Positions 1 through 12,266 of a stretch of DNA of 64,000 bases are shown in pieces. Source of the stretch: Phyllosticta citribraziliensis (Eukaryota); NCBI RefSeq assembly GCF_038025025.1, contig NW_027117343.1, forward strand, positions 310,001-374,000. The letters are read 5' to 3'. A program made the position numbers and the translations under genes. The stretch's first letter is position 1, and the number at the start of each line of letters is the position of its first letter. The notes beneath the pieces were generated by a model. That model was given only the letters and a program-made list of their open reading frames with translations. It was not told the origin of the DNA and did no database searches.

Positions 1-550
1 CGGAATAACCGCATTTTGTCCGTCCCCGGAGCGCAACGACGGATGACGACTTCCAAACTAGCTTTTTTGCGGCAGATTGGGTTGGATGCGTGCCATAGAG
101 TTGCGAACAGCCTTTGGCCGCCTTGCTTGAAAGATGGGAGGGAGATAGAGTTTTATTCGAAAGGGGCAGTTTTGGAGCGAGTGGGGCTTGGTATTTGCGG
201 TTTGTGGTTCTCCTGCTGCTACTCTCCTTGTCTGCTTGGTTCTCAAATGACTCCTGTTTGTATCGACGCATTGTGCTTTTTGCAGTGTTGGTTTTACGAG
301 TTGATTAATGTTTCTGTTTCCTTGCTTTTCCGTTGTTCTCCTGCTCAGGGGCTGGCTTGTGGTGAGTCCCGAGAGCGATACCTTTCTTTCCACATACCCA
401 ACAACCATAGCCTAGAGAACGAGGGGACACAATGATTGATTCGGCGATGCAGATGATAAAGCAATATTCGCTGCCTCTCAAATGTCCAATACACAACCAC
501 TTGCAACCTCAGGCAAACCCAACCCAGCCATACCCCTGAGCCCCCACCCC

Positions 551-1308
551 CTATTCCTCCTCCATCGCCTCAGCCAACTCCTCCTCTGCACGCATCAACT
601 CACTCTTCCTCTCCTCCACACCCCTCATAAGCCTCTCAACCATCCGCCGCCTCATCCACGCACACTCCCTCTCAATCTCCTCAACATACCGTCCGCGCGC
701 CTCATCTTTAGACCGCAGCCACCTCACCTCTTTCTCCAGCGCCGTGACGCGCTCATTAGCGGCATCGAGGGCCTCACTGCACAATTTCTCGCCATGACAC
801 GCTTCGGCCTAGAGCCCCACCCGCTTGCCGGCCTGCTTCGAGTACCACCTGTGCAGCTTTTTGGACGTTGCCAGCTCGGCGGCGAGGGCGGCCGCGCACG
901 CTTTGTGTCAGTTGCCGCGCTGCTTGTATTCGTCGCCGCGCCGCTTGTGGAAGGAGAGGTCGTCGAGCATGGGATGACGGCGGAGGTGCGCGTACTGTGA
1001 GCGGTGGAATGGTTAGCTGAGGTTTGAGAGATGAGAGATGAAGGAGTGTCAGGGAGCAGGCGGAGGCGCACCTTACTCTTGGGAAGGTACTGCGGCTTGT
1101 ACTTGACCAGAGAGCTCGTCTTGGGTTTGTGCTGCTGCTGCTGCGCCGGCGCAAGCGGCGCGTCGCTCGTGGAGGTCGTGGCGTCGGGGGCAGGCTCGCT
1201 GCACGCACGAGGGAAAGACGAAGCCAACATGTTGATGGTGGTGGTAGCTTTTGCAGTCTTGGATGGAAGAACTGGTGAAAAGGAGGTTTTTCTGGTCGTC
1301 GAAGACAT
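551..1308 (-). pseudogene. Two-exon coiled-coil hypothetical gene with two in-frame stops (probable pseudogene)
   Basis: Exon 1 MSSTTRK...YLPKSK, donor GTGCGC at 1071, CTAAC branch, acceptor CAG ending at 995. Exon 2 reads YAHLRRHPMLDD...RGN*HKACAA...RVGL*AEAC... in frame with the E/R-rich ORF 551..784. Stops are TGA (908-910) and TAG (809-811). Confidence 0.45.
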
Positions 1309-4300
1309 GAAGGTGGCAGACTTGGTAATGGCGACGTGCGGAAGAGCCGGTGGACGAAAGGTTGGAGACGGTGCTGTTGGACGAGAGGTCTGAAGTTGGA
1401 AAGGAAGTTGTGCGAGCAGAAGATATAAGATGGCGAAGTAAAATCAAGTGAAAGAAACTTGAAAAGGGAAATGGTGTCAAGTGAAAGGGACTGAAATGGG
1501 AACACTGCGAGGAGTTCACGTCCACATTCACAATTCCTGACAGGCGCCAGTCATTTCCAACAGGCGCAACACAGTGCCTTCAAAAATACAGTGTCAGTTT
1601 TCAAAAGATTCCCCGAGGTTGATGGATTTGACTTAGGCTTTAGGGTGCTCGTCCACGATCAGTCTGATCTGACCGACGAAGTGTTGAAGTGGCGCTCCCT
1701 CCGCTTCCCCTTTGCTGTGGCTACGCTTTTCAGCAACGGCGCCTGGGGAGTGAGAAGCCTTACCAGTTGGAAATGACAACTCGAGCACATTTGCAGCAAG
1801 GAATCTTGCTTGCCTGAGAAACCACAACAATAAGACAATCAAAATGCCTTAGTCCAACCAAGCGCCCACGTGAATGCGTACCAAAGAAAAACCTTCGTGG
1901 GCGACACTTCGCGACGACTCCACATCCCTTGCCTTTCTCCCTTCTTTCCGGTCAGCTTTGAGTCTCAAAGACTACCACCACCAACATAGGACTGACTCCT
2001 AGTCTGCCTTCTTCTTGAATGTTACTAAATCTGCCAAATCTACAACGCAGAGACTCATCTCATGTACTTCTTCATCAGCAGTCCTCCATGCTCTGTCAAA
2101 GCAAGCAGAGCCAAAGCCCACCAACAAGCACCGCGTCCGTATTCCATGTCACATATTATCAACGACGCCGATTCTTCACGCACAACTCCAAGCAGCAGCT
2201 CTACCGCACACGAAACCCATCAAAAGCACGTCATACCGACATCCTTTACGCCGGACTTCCGCTCTGCCCCCATCACATCGCCAATCCGGAGCACAGAGAG
2301 ACAGAGAGCTAAATCCGACTGAGACGGCCTCACAAACGTGCTCTCCCTAGCCCCCCGCACGTCAATCTACATCCTCGCCAGTGTGCAATCCTTCTCGCCA
2401 CACTGCCCGCCTGCCTGCCGCACAGCTGTCGGAATCTGGAATCCACATAGCGGTCTGCTGCAAGCCCATCACGTCTCTTCTCGTCTCGCCTGGTCTCGCC
2501 TCGCTTCTTTTGCTTTTCGACGTCGCTGTGGCATCCCACGCCGCAAGTCACCGATCTCCCGTGCGTGATATCATACACTGAGCAGCCAAGAAGGAAAAGC
2601 ATTGCCCAGACGACTTGGCGACGATCAAGCAAGCATGAGAGCAAGCAAGCAACAAAAGCAATGAAGAAGCTTCACTTGAGAGAAAGAGCATAGACGCCAA
2701 CAGGCAAAAGGAATGCCCAATCGCATCCTGCCGTACCAGGAATCCGCCGCCGCCGCCAGCGCCGCCGCCAAGTACGGAGCATCCTCGTCCGACACTGCTG
2801 CACCTCATTCCTACCGACCTACCTGCTAACCGAGCGGCCTGCTAAGATCGTCAATCGACCCGTCATTCGACAAGTCATCAGACGCGCTGCCGCGTGCGCC
2901 TGCAGTCTACGCAGGCCGGCGGCTTGGCCCGGAGCGGCTCCTCGGCTTGGCGGCGGCGGAGAGGCGGGCGGGAAGGGAAGGGAAGATCAGGAGCAAAGCC
3001 GAGAGCGCATCAGATGAATGCGGCGGCCGTGATGCCGAAGCTAGACGCTTGGCCCGCATGGTGATGGCGACGGCGACGCCGCGCTGCTGCTTGCTCGGCG
3101 AGGCGAGGCGAGGCGCTATTTGGAGAGTTCGTGCGAGGAGGAAGGAAGAGGAGAGCACGGAGAGGTTGGGCTGATGTTGCTGCTACTACCAAGAGCTGAG
3201 CTGATATGCTGTTCATGGGCGAGGGTGGTCGTGGTCATTCTCATCTCAGCTGCCGAGGTGTTTGTCGTGCTGTCTGTCTGTCTGTCTGCAGTTTCAGTTT
3301 CAGCAAGCCGCCAGACGCCAGACGCCAGGGAGAGCCAGGCCGCACCGACGGCGGGAAGAGTGCCAGGCAGCGTGAAGCAGCGTCTAGCTTCTCGTGACAG
3401 ACGGACAAACTGACGGCTCCGGCCACAAGCGGGTGCCTGTGACAGGTCGCGTCGCGCCGCGTCTCGTCCGTCTGGTGCCTGGGCATGTCGGACTTTTCTG
3501 GACGCCTTCTCGAGCACTTCGAGTCGGTTCAAGCGAGCGAGCGAGCTGCTGCAGCTGGGCGTGCGTGAGCGATGGATCGGTGTCCTGCCGTCGTGGTCCT
3601 TGGAACCCAAGCGGCTGGGTCTGGGCGAGTCGTTTTGCGCATGTCTCATCCTCGTGAGAAGCTGGATGGTAGCGCCGCACGGCGGGGAGGGCGAGCACCG
3701 AGAGCCGTCGGTGTGAGTGTGTAGACGACTCTCCTCGTCTCTGGTGCTTGGCGATTCGGATAGGCCGGGGGACGCTGAGGCTGTAGGAGCGTAGCGCTGT
3801 GCCAGTCACTGTTAGCAAGCGAGAGGCTGAAGTCATGGATGGCGGGCTTGGTGTTGCGAGGCAGGTAGGTAGCGGTGAGCGAGCATCACGATGTGAGAGG
3901 ATGTGTGGTGGCAGAGCAGGAGGACAGCGAGGAGGCCAAGAAGTAGCACTCTCACGAGCCGTCGCCATTGTCGTTGAAACGGACGGAGTGAGACACGGTT
4001 GACAACGTCAACGTCGATGGAGGAAGGGTAGCAGTCGGTTGACCTTCCTCTCCACCGCGACACCGTTTTTTGCCTCCATGAGACGGAGAGCGACATCAAT
4101 GCCGCCAAGGACTCTGTTGCCGCGCCCAGCATTCCGGCTCCTCCCCGCCCCGCCGTCTCTCGCAGCCATGTCCCCTGCGCGCGCCTCAACCGCATCCAGG
4201 CCATCTCATTCTCCGCCCGTTGGCCTGTGTCTCTGTCGCTCTTGGCCAGCAGCCTCTCATACCAAGCTAACGCAGCAAGCCCTCGGCGCGCCGTCACACC

Positions 4301-5397
4301 GGGGCGACACACAGCTTGGCATGCCACGGGGCGGCGGTCGAGCGCCGTCTTGGTCGTTGTGGTGTTTGCTTTCCGGAGCTGGCTGTCGTCCACCGCCGCT
4401 AACTGCGTCCAACAGAATCACCACCTCCATCCCTCCCTCGCAATTCCAAAGCAAGGAATCCTCCACATCAAAAGTAAAGCAGACGGCAACACGCCAAGCG
4501 CGCCAGCGACCATCCCGCCGGCCCACTGGGTGCGGTGTCGCCTTGTCCCCGCACTCGCACCGCCCATCTCTTCCCAATTCTTCAACAACACTGCCTTGGA
4601 TGACGATGAGTTGTCGCGCGCGCCACTCAACTCTCTCCACACCACATAGTTGGCACCAATCCTAGCCTCCAAAATCACATCCCCACGCCCCCACGCCCCA
4701 TCCCGCCCGCCCTCCCCAAAGGCAAGGCATGGCAAAGCAAGGCCAAGACGAGGCAAAACCGGAGACACCGGCCAAGCGCCAAGGCAGCGCGCCGCGCAGC
4801 GGCGTCATGCTTGATGCGTCGACGACGCCGCGGACGGATACACATGTGCGCGGGCTTGGCGGCGCTGCTTGGGTAACAGCAGTAGGAAGGTACACAGACA
4901 TTCCGCCTCACATGGCCCGCAGCCAAGACGGTGCGGTGCGCGCGTCCGCGCCGCCGCCACTGCCAAGGCGTGGGAGGTGCTGGCATCCTGCTTTTTCCTC
5001 TCGATCTTCTTCCTTTCTTTCTTTCTTTGCTTGCTGTGTACCTACATGGCTCGGGCAGGTGTCAACAGCAGCACCGCGTCACATCCTCCGCAGACACGGC
5101 AAAGCGTCGTCCGTCTGCGCACGCCAAGGTACCTACAGTAGATGACTACATTCGGTCTTTCCCTTCCGGCCTTCCATATGAATACCTAGCATCAACCAGC
5201 CAAGACGGGCAGCGGTACGTATGGCTCCGGGACTTGCGGACACAGATACACGTGTCGATGCGTTTTTGGCTACTCTCGCTTCATCAAAAATAGAGAAGCT
5301 CTTGTGTAGCTATTGAAGTAAGTACAGCACTATCGCTCGGTCGGCCGAGAGTGACAGCGAGGGCGGAGGAAGCTTGGCACGGCTAGCAACGCGGCGC

Positions 5398-6355
5398 GGA
5401 CGGACGGACGGACGAATTCCAAGTTTCCAACTCTAGCAGAGAGGGTGTGCGTTGCCTTGCGTTGCGTTGCGCTGTAGTGCAGTAGTGGTGCGTCACCGCA
5501 TTCCTTCTAGCACAGCACGTCCTTCCATCCATCCTACACACGCACGCTACACGCCATGTATACGGCTCCTCAGGAAAGCATGCGGCGATTGAGTCAACTA
5601 CATGTGCCTTACCTAACCTACACGCCTACAAGCCTACATGCACGTAACTCCGCGGCGCTGCTCTGCTCTGCTGCGCTGCGGGGAATAACCACCACCCCAC
5701 GACTCGCACCCGCCACCCACTACCTGGTAGCCTACGAGCTGCACCGCACTCGGCACGCGCTATCCCGCTCCCGAGTTGTGCTTCTGCGGTTGCTTCTTCG
5801 GTTCCTCCCCCCAATCCACAACCCGCACCTCCGCACCTCCGCGCAACTACCGTACACAATGCGAAGCAGAAGGCGAAGCAATGTGCTCTAGTCGCGGCTG
5901 AGCCATCATTCTTCCCTGTTTTCAGCTGCGGCGGGATCAGCAAGCGACGAGCCGACGAACGAGCGAAAGGGAAAGGAGGGAGCGGGCAGACGGGGAACCA
6001 AAGAGGGAGGCAGCGCAGGGTGTCGTATGGTAGGGCTGAGCGGGCATGACTCGACTCGACTCGGGGCGCAGAGGGAGGGAGGGAGGCAGAGAGGTGTGAG
6101 GGGTTTATGGATGGCGAAACCATGGAAAAAGCAGTGCGTATACGGCAACAAACGTAGTTCAGCGTCAGACACCAAGACGAGCACGAGGCACACATGGCAG
6201 TGGTATAGGCAGGCAGGCGTGCATGTCTTTCGCATGGCATTCATTCGTAAGAATAACAGCGTCGAGGGTGAAAGGTATGTAACGACGAGACAGCAGTGCC
6301 CACCCATTGTCCAGTTCATCTGTCCCAGGGAGTCCAGTCCAGTCCAGTCCAGTCC
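5398..6355. repeat. Scattered microsatellites in non-coding DNA
   Basis: (GGAC)n at about 5398, (GCGTT)n at about 5450-5470, (GACTC)n at about 6048, and (AGTCC)n at about 6331-6355. Confidence 0.7.
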
Positions 6356-7384
6356 GTGCAGCGCGCCCAAGCAATGCAACTCTCTCTCTCTACTCTACAA
6401 CAGCAACAGCAACGACTGCAAGTAATCAAACAAGTCAACGGCGACCAGAGCGGCCTGTTGTCGGTTTCGTCGTCTTCGTCTCCCTTCCGAGGCCGTAAAA
6501 AAAGATCATTCCAAAATCAACGAGACCCTCACGCGGCGTGAAGTGCAAGCAGCAACGGCCAAACGCCAACTCGTGGTATCAAGCACCCGTCGCATGTGCA
6601 TGTGAGGGGCTTCCTTTCTTTCTGTACGGTGCATGTGCAACAAGCCGACCAACCCAGACAAGGAAATGAATAGAGCAAGCAAAAACTCTCTTTCAAAAAA
6701 ACGACCGCAGCAATAGCAGCGGTCGCGGGTTCGTCGACTCCGACAACGCGAGTTGTGCAAGACAGGGACGAGCTGGGAGACGACGGTGCCGAACAAGCGA
6801 CGACCTGACCGACGCTCCAGCCGCGCCGCACCCGCACACCTGACGTATCCGTGACGTGAAGGAAAAAGACGAGGGAGCCAATCGCATGGGATAGCCAGCA
6901 TCCGAGCAAGAGGAAGAGGAGCAAGCAGAGAATGCCTTTTCTCAGCTGGCTGCGAGGCGTGCGCCCCGAGACGGTTGCCCAAAAACTCGCCTTCTCATTT
7001 GCGAGTTCGGCTTCGGCGTGTGTAGGCAGACTGGATGGGGAACTCGTCGGGCGACGGCCTTCGCATGGTTGCGCGAATTCCAGACCTCCCCTCGATGCTC
7101 GCCCACGGCACCCTCCACCCTCCCACACCAACCCACACCCCCGGATTCTCCGGACCCATGAACCTGGGAAAGTGGGGCCTCTCAACAACGCAAGTCTTAT
7201 CGTTTGCCGCCGTCTATCACAGTTCGAAATGCGTGGCGCACAATGGTGGAAGAGACTGGAAAAAAAAAAAAAAGGTTTGTGGAAAGAATAGCTCCAACTT
7301 TTTGACCCTCTTCGCGCTGATGATCAGCGACAAGGTGGTTGTGGCAAAGAAACGTTGATTAAGAAAACCGCGCAATGGCACCGA

Positions 7385-9505
7385 TCATGACCACCCATGG
7401 CCCATGTCGAAACGGTGCTGCAACGCCTTGGGGATCTTGCTTTCCTTGGGCGGGAGGTGGTGATGCTTCTTGACCGTGAGCGCTTTTCGAGCGTTCTTGC
7501 AGCCCGCCTTGGTGCGAGCGTCGACCGAGAGTGTGGAAGAGGGGTCGTCGAAGCTCTCCGGAGTGCAGCATTCTATCGCTCGCATTGTTGGTGTGGCGAG
7601 GACCTCGCGCATTGTGGCACGCTTGGCCGGGTCAGGATGCAGCATCTTGACGAGGAGCTTCTTCATGGATGGATTGTCCAAATGTCGGAAACAGGGCGCA
7701 GTCAATGGGAAAGCGTCGGTCGAGTTGTCGTCGAGGATGCGGCCATCCGGATGTTTCTTGCGCCACTCGTCCCAGTTGTGCATATAGGAAGCGTACTTGA
7801 CGTCGTTTTTGGGGTCAGCTGAACCCCACGGTTGCTGGTTGCACAGGTAGAAATAACAAATGGCGCTCGACCATACGTCAACGGCTCTCGGGTCGTACGG
7901 GCCTCTCTTGTCGAGGATTTCGGGTGCAGTGTACGGCGGGCTTCCACAAACGCCTGGTTTGCAGAGGCGGATTTCGCCCATGTTGACACCACACTCACCG
8001 CGAGCAGCGCGCAGGCCTGGGTGTTCGCCAGAAAAGACTTCTGACACGCCAAAGTCGGAGATCTTTAGGTGGCCTTCACTGTCGAGCAGGAGATTTTCCA
8101 GCTTGAGGTCTCGGTGTGCAATGCCGTGGTCGTGCAAGTAGAGAACTCCCCTACAGAGCTGCTTGAAGAAGCAGAGCCGGTCGGGTGCACGGTAATGACC
8201 ACCATAAGATGCCGGGAGAAAAAGGCCCCTTTTGACCAAGTCGTAGAGCTCTCCGTGGGGGCAAAACTCCATAATGTGGCTCCATCGGTTGTTGTGTTTG
8301 CAGAGGCGGATGCTCTCGACTATGTTGGGGTGGTGCAGGGACTTGTTGATGCTGAACTCGGATTTGATCTTCTTGAGGTAGTCGTCCTCGGTTTCGTCCT
8401 TGTCCTTGACGCGGAACTGCTTGGCAGCAAACAATGCCTCGCTGACACCATCTCTCCGACGCATGACGCGCACCTCGGCTGTCGCGCCATCGCCCAGCTT
8501 TCGTCCGCGGCGGAAAGGAATGGCGCTGGCACTCTTGAACTCCTTGTCCAGTTCGCAGTAGTCGATGATGAAGTCATCCGGAAGGATTGTCGACAGGCGA
8601 CGAGACTTGAGACCGGTGCCCTCGGTTGCTCTGCCGAGAAAGGGGCGTGATGCTGGGACCTTATCCATCGGCGGCTGTGGGTGTGAGACAGTCTCGGGCA
8701 GGGACTCGACGCTTGGGTTCTTTTGGTGGTAGTGGTCTCTCCGATCCACCATGCCCTGCTTTGTCACATAATCGTCGAAGGTGATGCCGTTGCGGAGGGG
8801 GTTGGCACCAGAGTGGGTTTGAGTGTGGAACGGCCGAGGCCCAAAGTCGAACGAGGTCATGGGGTCGTCGAGGGTGCTGGTAGGAGAGCCAGGGGACGGC
8901 GGGGTCAGCGACCGAGTGGAATTGTTGGTGTTTGGTTGTGAGCGAGTCCAGCCGGAAATAACGGCATAGTCGGCCTGAGGAGGAGAGGGAGGGAGGGCTT
9001 TGTTCGGGTTGGGGTCGGATTGAGCAGCAGGGCGGCAGGCGGCAGGGGCGGGCGCGGAAGCGTCCGACGAGTGCTCACTGCTGCTGGTGCTGTCGTCACC
9101 CTTTTTGGACGAGTTGGTGCGGTGGATGCGCTTCTTGACAAAGGTGCCGATTTTCTTAAAGCCGCCTCTCGGCCCATTGTCCGTGGTGGTGGCGCGTGGA
9201 CGAACGGGACGCGGGCCCGAGAGGGTCATGGTGGCCGTGGCCATTTGAGGATCGGTGGCCTTGTCTACAAAGGCATGCGTCTTGGAGAAGTTGGGAGGCG
9301 AGGTCGAGTCGCTGGTGGGCGTGACAGGCTCGGGGTGCTCGCTGGCCGAGTCGTTGCTGTCGCTGTCATCGGGGACAGGAACAGAGTTATAGTCGGCGGC
9401 GGCGGGAGCATGTGGGACAGGTCGCGCCATGTTTTTAGGGGCCGAGACGGAGGGCGAGGACGCGGGTGGTCTTGGGGAGTCTTCGACGGGCTTGGCAACG
9501 AGCAT
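7385..9505 (-). CDS. Ser/Thr protein kinase, fungal HAL family (Hrk1/Ptk/Sat4-like), intronless
   Basis: Kinase motifs LGDGATAEV, AAKQF, KSEFSINKSLHHPNIV, HRDLKLEN, DFG and CGSPPYTAPE after a long S/T/P-rich N-terminus. The start is taken at the ATG of MLVAKP (9505) rather than the upstream start of the 855-aa ORF. Confidence 0.88.
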   Translation of the reverse strand: MLVAKPVEDSPRPPASSPSVSAPKNMARPVPHAPAAADYNSVPVPDDSDSNDSASEHPEPVTPTSDSTSPPNFSKTHAFVDKATDPQMATATMTLSGPRPVRPRATTTDNGPRGGFKKIGTFVKKRIHRTNSSKKGDDSTSSSEHSSDASAPAPAACRPAAQSDPNPNKALPPSPPQADYAVISGWTRSQPNTNNSTRSLTPPSPGSPTSTLDDPMTSFDFGPRPFHTQTHSGANPLRNGITFDDYVTKQGMVDRRDHYHQKNPSVESLPETVSHPQPPMDKVPASRPFLGRATEGTGLKSRRLSTILPDDFIIDYCELDKEFKSASAIPFRRGRKLGDGATAEVRVMRRRDGVSEALFAAKQFRVKDKDETEDDYLKKIKSEFSINKSLHHPNIVESIRLCKHNNRWSHIMEFCPHGELYDLVKRGLFLPASYGGHYRAPDRLCFFKQLCRGVLYLHDHGIAHRDLKLENLLLDSEGHLKISDFGVSEVFSGEHPGLRAARGECGVNMGEIRLCKPGVCGSPPYTAPEILDKRGPYDPRAVDVWSSAICYFYLCNQQPWGSADPKNDVKYASYMHNWDEWRKKHPDGRILDDNSTDAFPLTAPCFRHLDNPSMKKLLVKMLHPDPAKRATMREVLATPTMRAIECCTPESFDDPSSTLSVDARTKAGCKNARKALTVKKHHHLPPKESKIPKALQHRFDMGHGWS

Positions 9506-12266
9506 GGCGGCAGGGCACAGTCGCGGCGCTGAGCTTGGAGGAGCGGGTGCTGTAGCGAGACGCGAGGGTGAGACAGGCGAAAGCGGTTCAGATGATGGAG
9601 GGCGAGTTAGGCTGGAGGGGGAGTAGCGGCTTGGCGTGGGAGGTGGTAGTCGAGGTGGTGATGGACATGGATGGAGAGGATGAGATGGAGGAGGGGAGAG
9701 GAGAGGAACGGCGAGTCGAGGGAGTATATGTTGAGCGAGTGGAGTGGTCGATGGTACTGTAATGGTGGGTGAGACGGGCTGGGCCTGACGTCGTGGGGAC
9801 ATGAACGGATGGATCCTCAGAGCGCCTCTTTTTGCTGGGCTCCGGATTTGAGATGCCGGCAAGCGTGCAGTGCAGTGCCAGGCTTCCCCAGACGTGCCCC
9901 CCATGGCCGGCGATCCATTCCTGTCGAGTCCCCACTCCACTCCTGCAACCATCGAGCCCTTCTGGCCTTCTCGTGGTGGGGGTGCATCGACCCTCGCTCA
10001 ACCTTCTTCAAAAATAGCCCCCCTCAAAACCACCACCGCCAATCATGGCGCCCCATGGCTACAGAGAAATCTTCGAACAGAGCCCGCGCCCTTCCTTGGC
10101 TCCAGGTCCGTGGCCGACACCCCAATGCTTGAGTGTGCCGCGACCGCGATAGGCGACTGGCTGCCGACATTACCCACCCGGCCAATGGGCTATTCTCTGC
10201 ACCACTCCCTCCTCTCTGCACTACAATCAAAGGGCCCGATGGCCAATGCCGGCAAACGACACGAAACACCTCAGCCCATCAAACCCAAAGCCAAAACCAA
10301 AACCGAAGAAGAAATCAGAGCGAAAAACCGCTCAACGCTTCGGTCTGCCCCGGTGTCAAGCCTGCCCTGCACAACTCTCACCTCCCAAGAGCCACGTCAC
10401 GACAGGCCAAGGACCAGCTCAACCAGGACTGCGAGACAGGCTGCCCGTGGGACGCTTGCGACTTGGTGTACCAGTCCATGGCGTCGCCGAGCCCAATCAA
10501 CCGCCTCTCGCACACCCCCAGCATTTGCCAACTGCTGAATCCACGCATGGATGCATGCATTCAGGCTTGGCCTCACGTGCGCCTCCATAACCATCATAGG
10601 TATCTATCAGCCTCAGGTCTTCGACCGAGCAACCACCCTGTCCGTGTCTCGCATCTGCTCGAAACAAGGGGGAGGCCGACAAACGGGAACCTGCCGCGCC
10701 CGCCCCCGCGCCCTCCCTCTTCCGTCCGCCGTCCGCTGCCAACCCACGCCGTCGACGTCACTGGCGCCGCCCTTTGCAACGCTGCACTATCGCTTTCCGC
10801 CGCACTCGCCCATCCTGCCCATCATGCCCATGTCCACAAGGGCCAAGAACGCCTGACTATGTACAATCATTGTCGACCTGCCGCGGCACATTGCTCGTCA
10901 GGTACGGAACGTCGATGCCGCAGGGGTCTGCGGACAAGGTGCGCCCGTGAATCAAGCCAATCGGAGCGAGGGAGATGAAAGGGTCGACCTGCCTTGAACG
11001 CGCGGGAGACGGACACCGACTTCATCTGACGTGTGCTGTGCTCCCCCTGTGTCCATCGGCCATCGTCAATCGCCTGGCGACACTTACTCCTTGCTCTTCA
11101 TCTACTTCGCAGGTCCTGATCAAGCCCATCATCAACTTACGACCAGCTCGATCCCCCAAACCAAACAATGCATCAGGAGAACCTTTCTGGCCTTTGATCG
11201 CATGCTCCTCGGCTGCTTAGGCAGCGCTCCATGTTTTGGTACCACCGTGTCACAACATTTCCCATCAACCTCGGTCTTGTCATCAAGGCACGGAATCGCC
11301 TACATGTCGTCGTCATGTATGTCAGCCAAGTAAGCTCAGCTAAGCTTCGCAACAACGGCATCTAGGGGCTTAGCGTTCCGATCCGCGTAGCCGTCGTCGT
11401 CGTCGTCCACCTCGCTGTTTTGACGAACAACACTGTCGCATCTACTGCACCTGCGGCAGAAGTGCGGGGACCACTTGGCGACTCGCATCCTGAGTGCTAC
11501 GTGAAGATCTTTTGTTTTCGAGACGGAAGTAGACATGGCACTGCGCCTATGCCGCCAAGCGCTCTGGAAACGCCATGGCGATGCGGTGCTTCCTAGTCGA
11601 ACTCCAGTGCAGCGCCGCCGGCTTGCAGGATTGCAATTTGAGTGTTCTACAGCAGTGGTAAGCGGCTTGCCGTTTTCCAAATCGACATGGAGACTTGCAA
11701 AAAAATGTCCGCGCCAATCATCGCATGGAGCAACTCAAATCGAACATCACCACGTTCAGGAAGTAAGAGCTTGGAACTGCCTGTGACTGCAAGGTGGATG
11801 ATTTGCCCACTGGATGACGTCTGGACGTTTGAACTCAACGCGATTGCAGTGGATCTGCCCCGCTCGTCACTCCCGCTCGTCGCTCAAATTGCTCGAATCG
11901 TCATATCAGATTCCATGAATCATCTTGCTATCAGCGATTCGACATCTCAAACCCGCATCATCCTCCTCGTTGCTCGTGCCGACGTTCTGCCGGACATCAA
12001 CACCCAATGCAGGGCCGCAATCACGCGATTGAGACCCCGGGCGAGCAGCATATAATTTGACATCAATCCCCCTCTAGGACCCACACGCGCCGCTCGAAGC
12101 AGCATCTCCGCTCCCACTTTTGAGACCCAATCACCAAGTCGCGCAATTCGACGCAAAAGTTGAACAATGAGGCAAGAGATTTTCAACATGGCACTTATAA
12201 AAGCTGGCGACGAGAGATTGTCTGCTGCCAGTTGCTACTCGCTTTGCTGTCGCCACCGTTGCCGAA

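Noticed and set aside
9506..9952. N-terminal 149 aa of the 855-aa kinase ORF
   Set aside because: Pyrimidine-rich, Pro/Ser low-complexity sequence typical of a 5' UTR. The ATG at 9505 has a better context (GCCATG).
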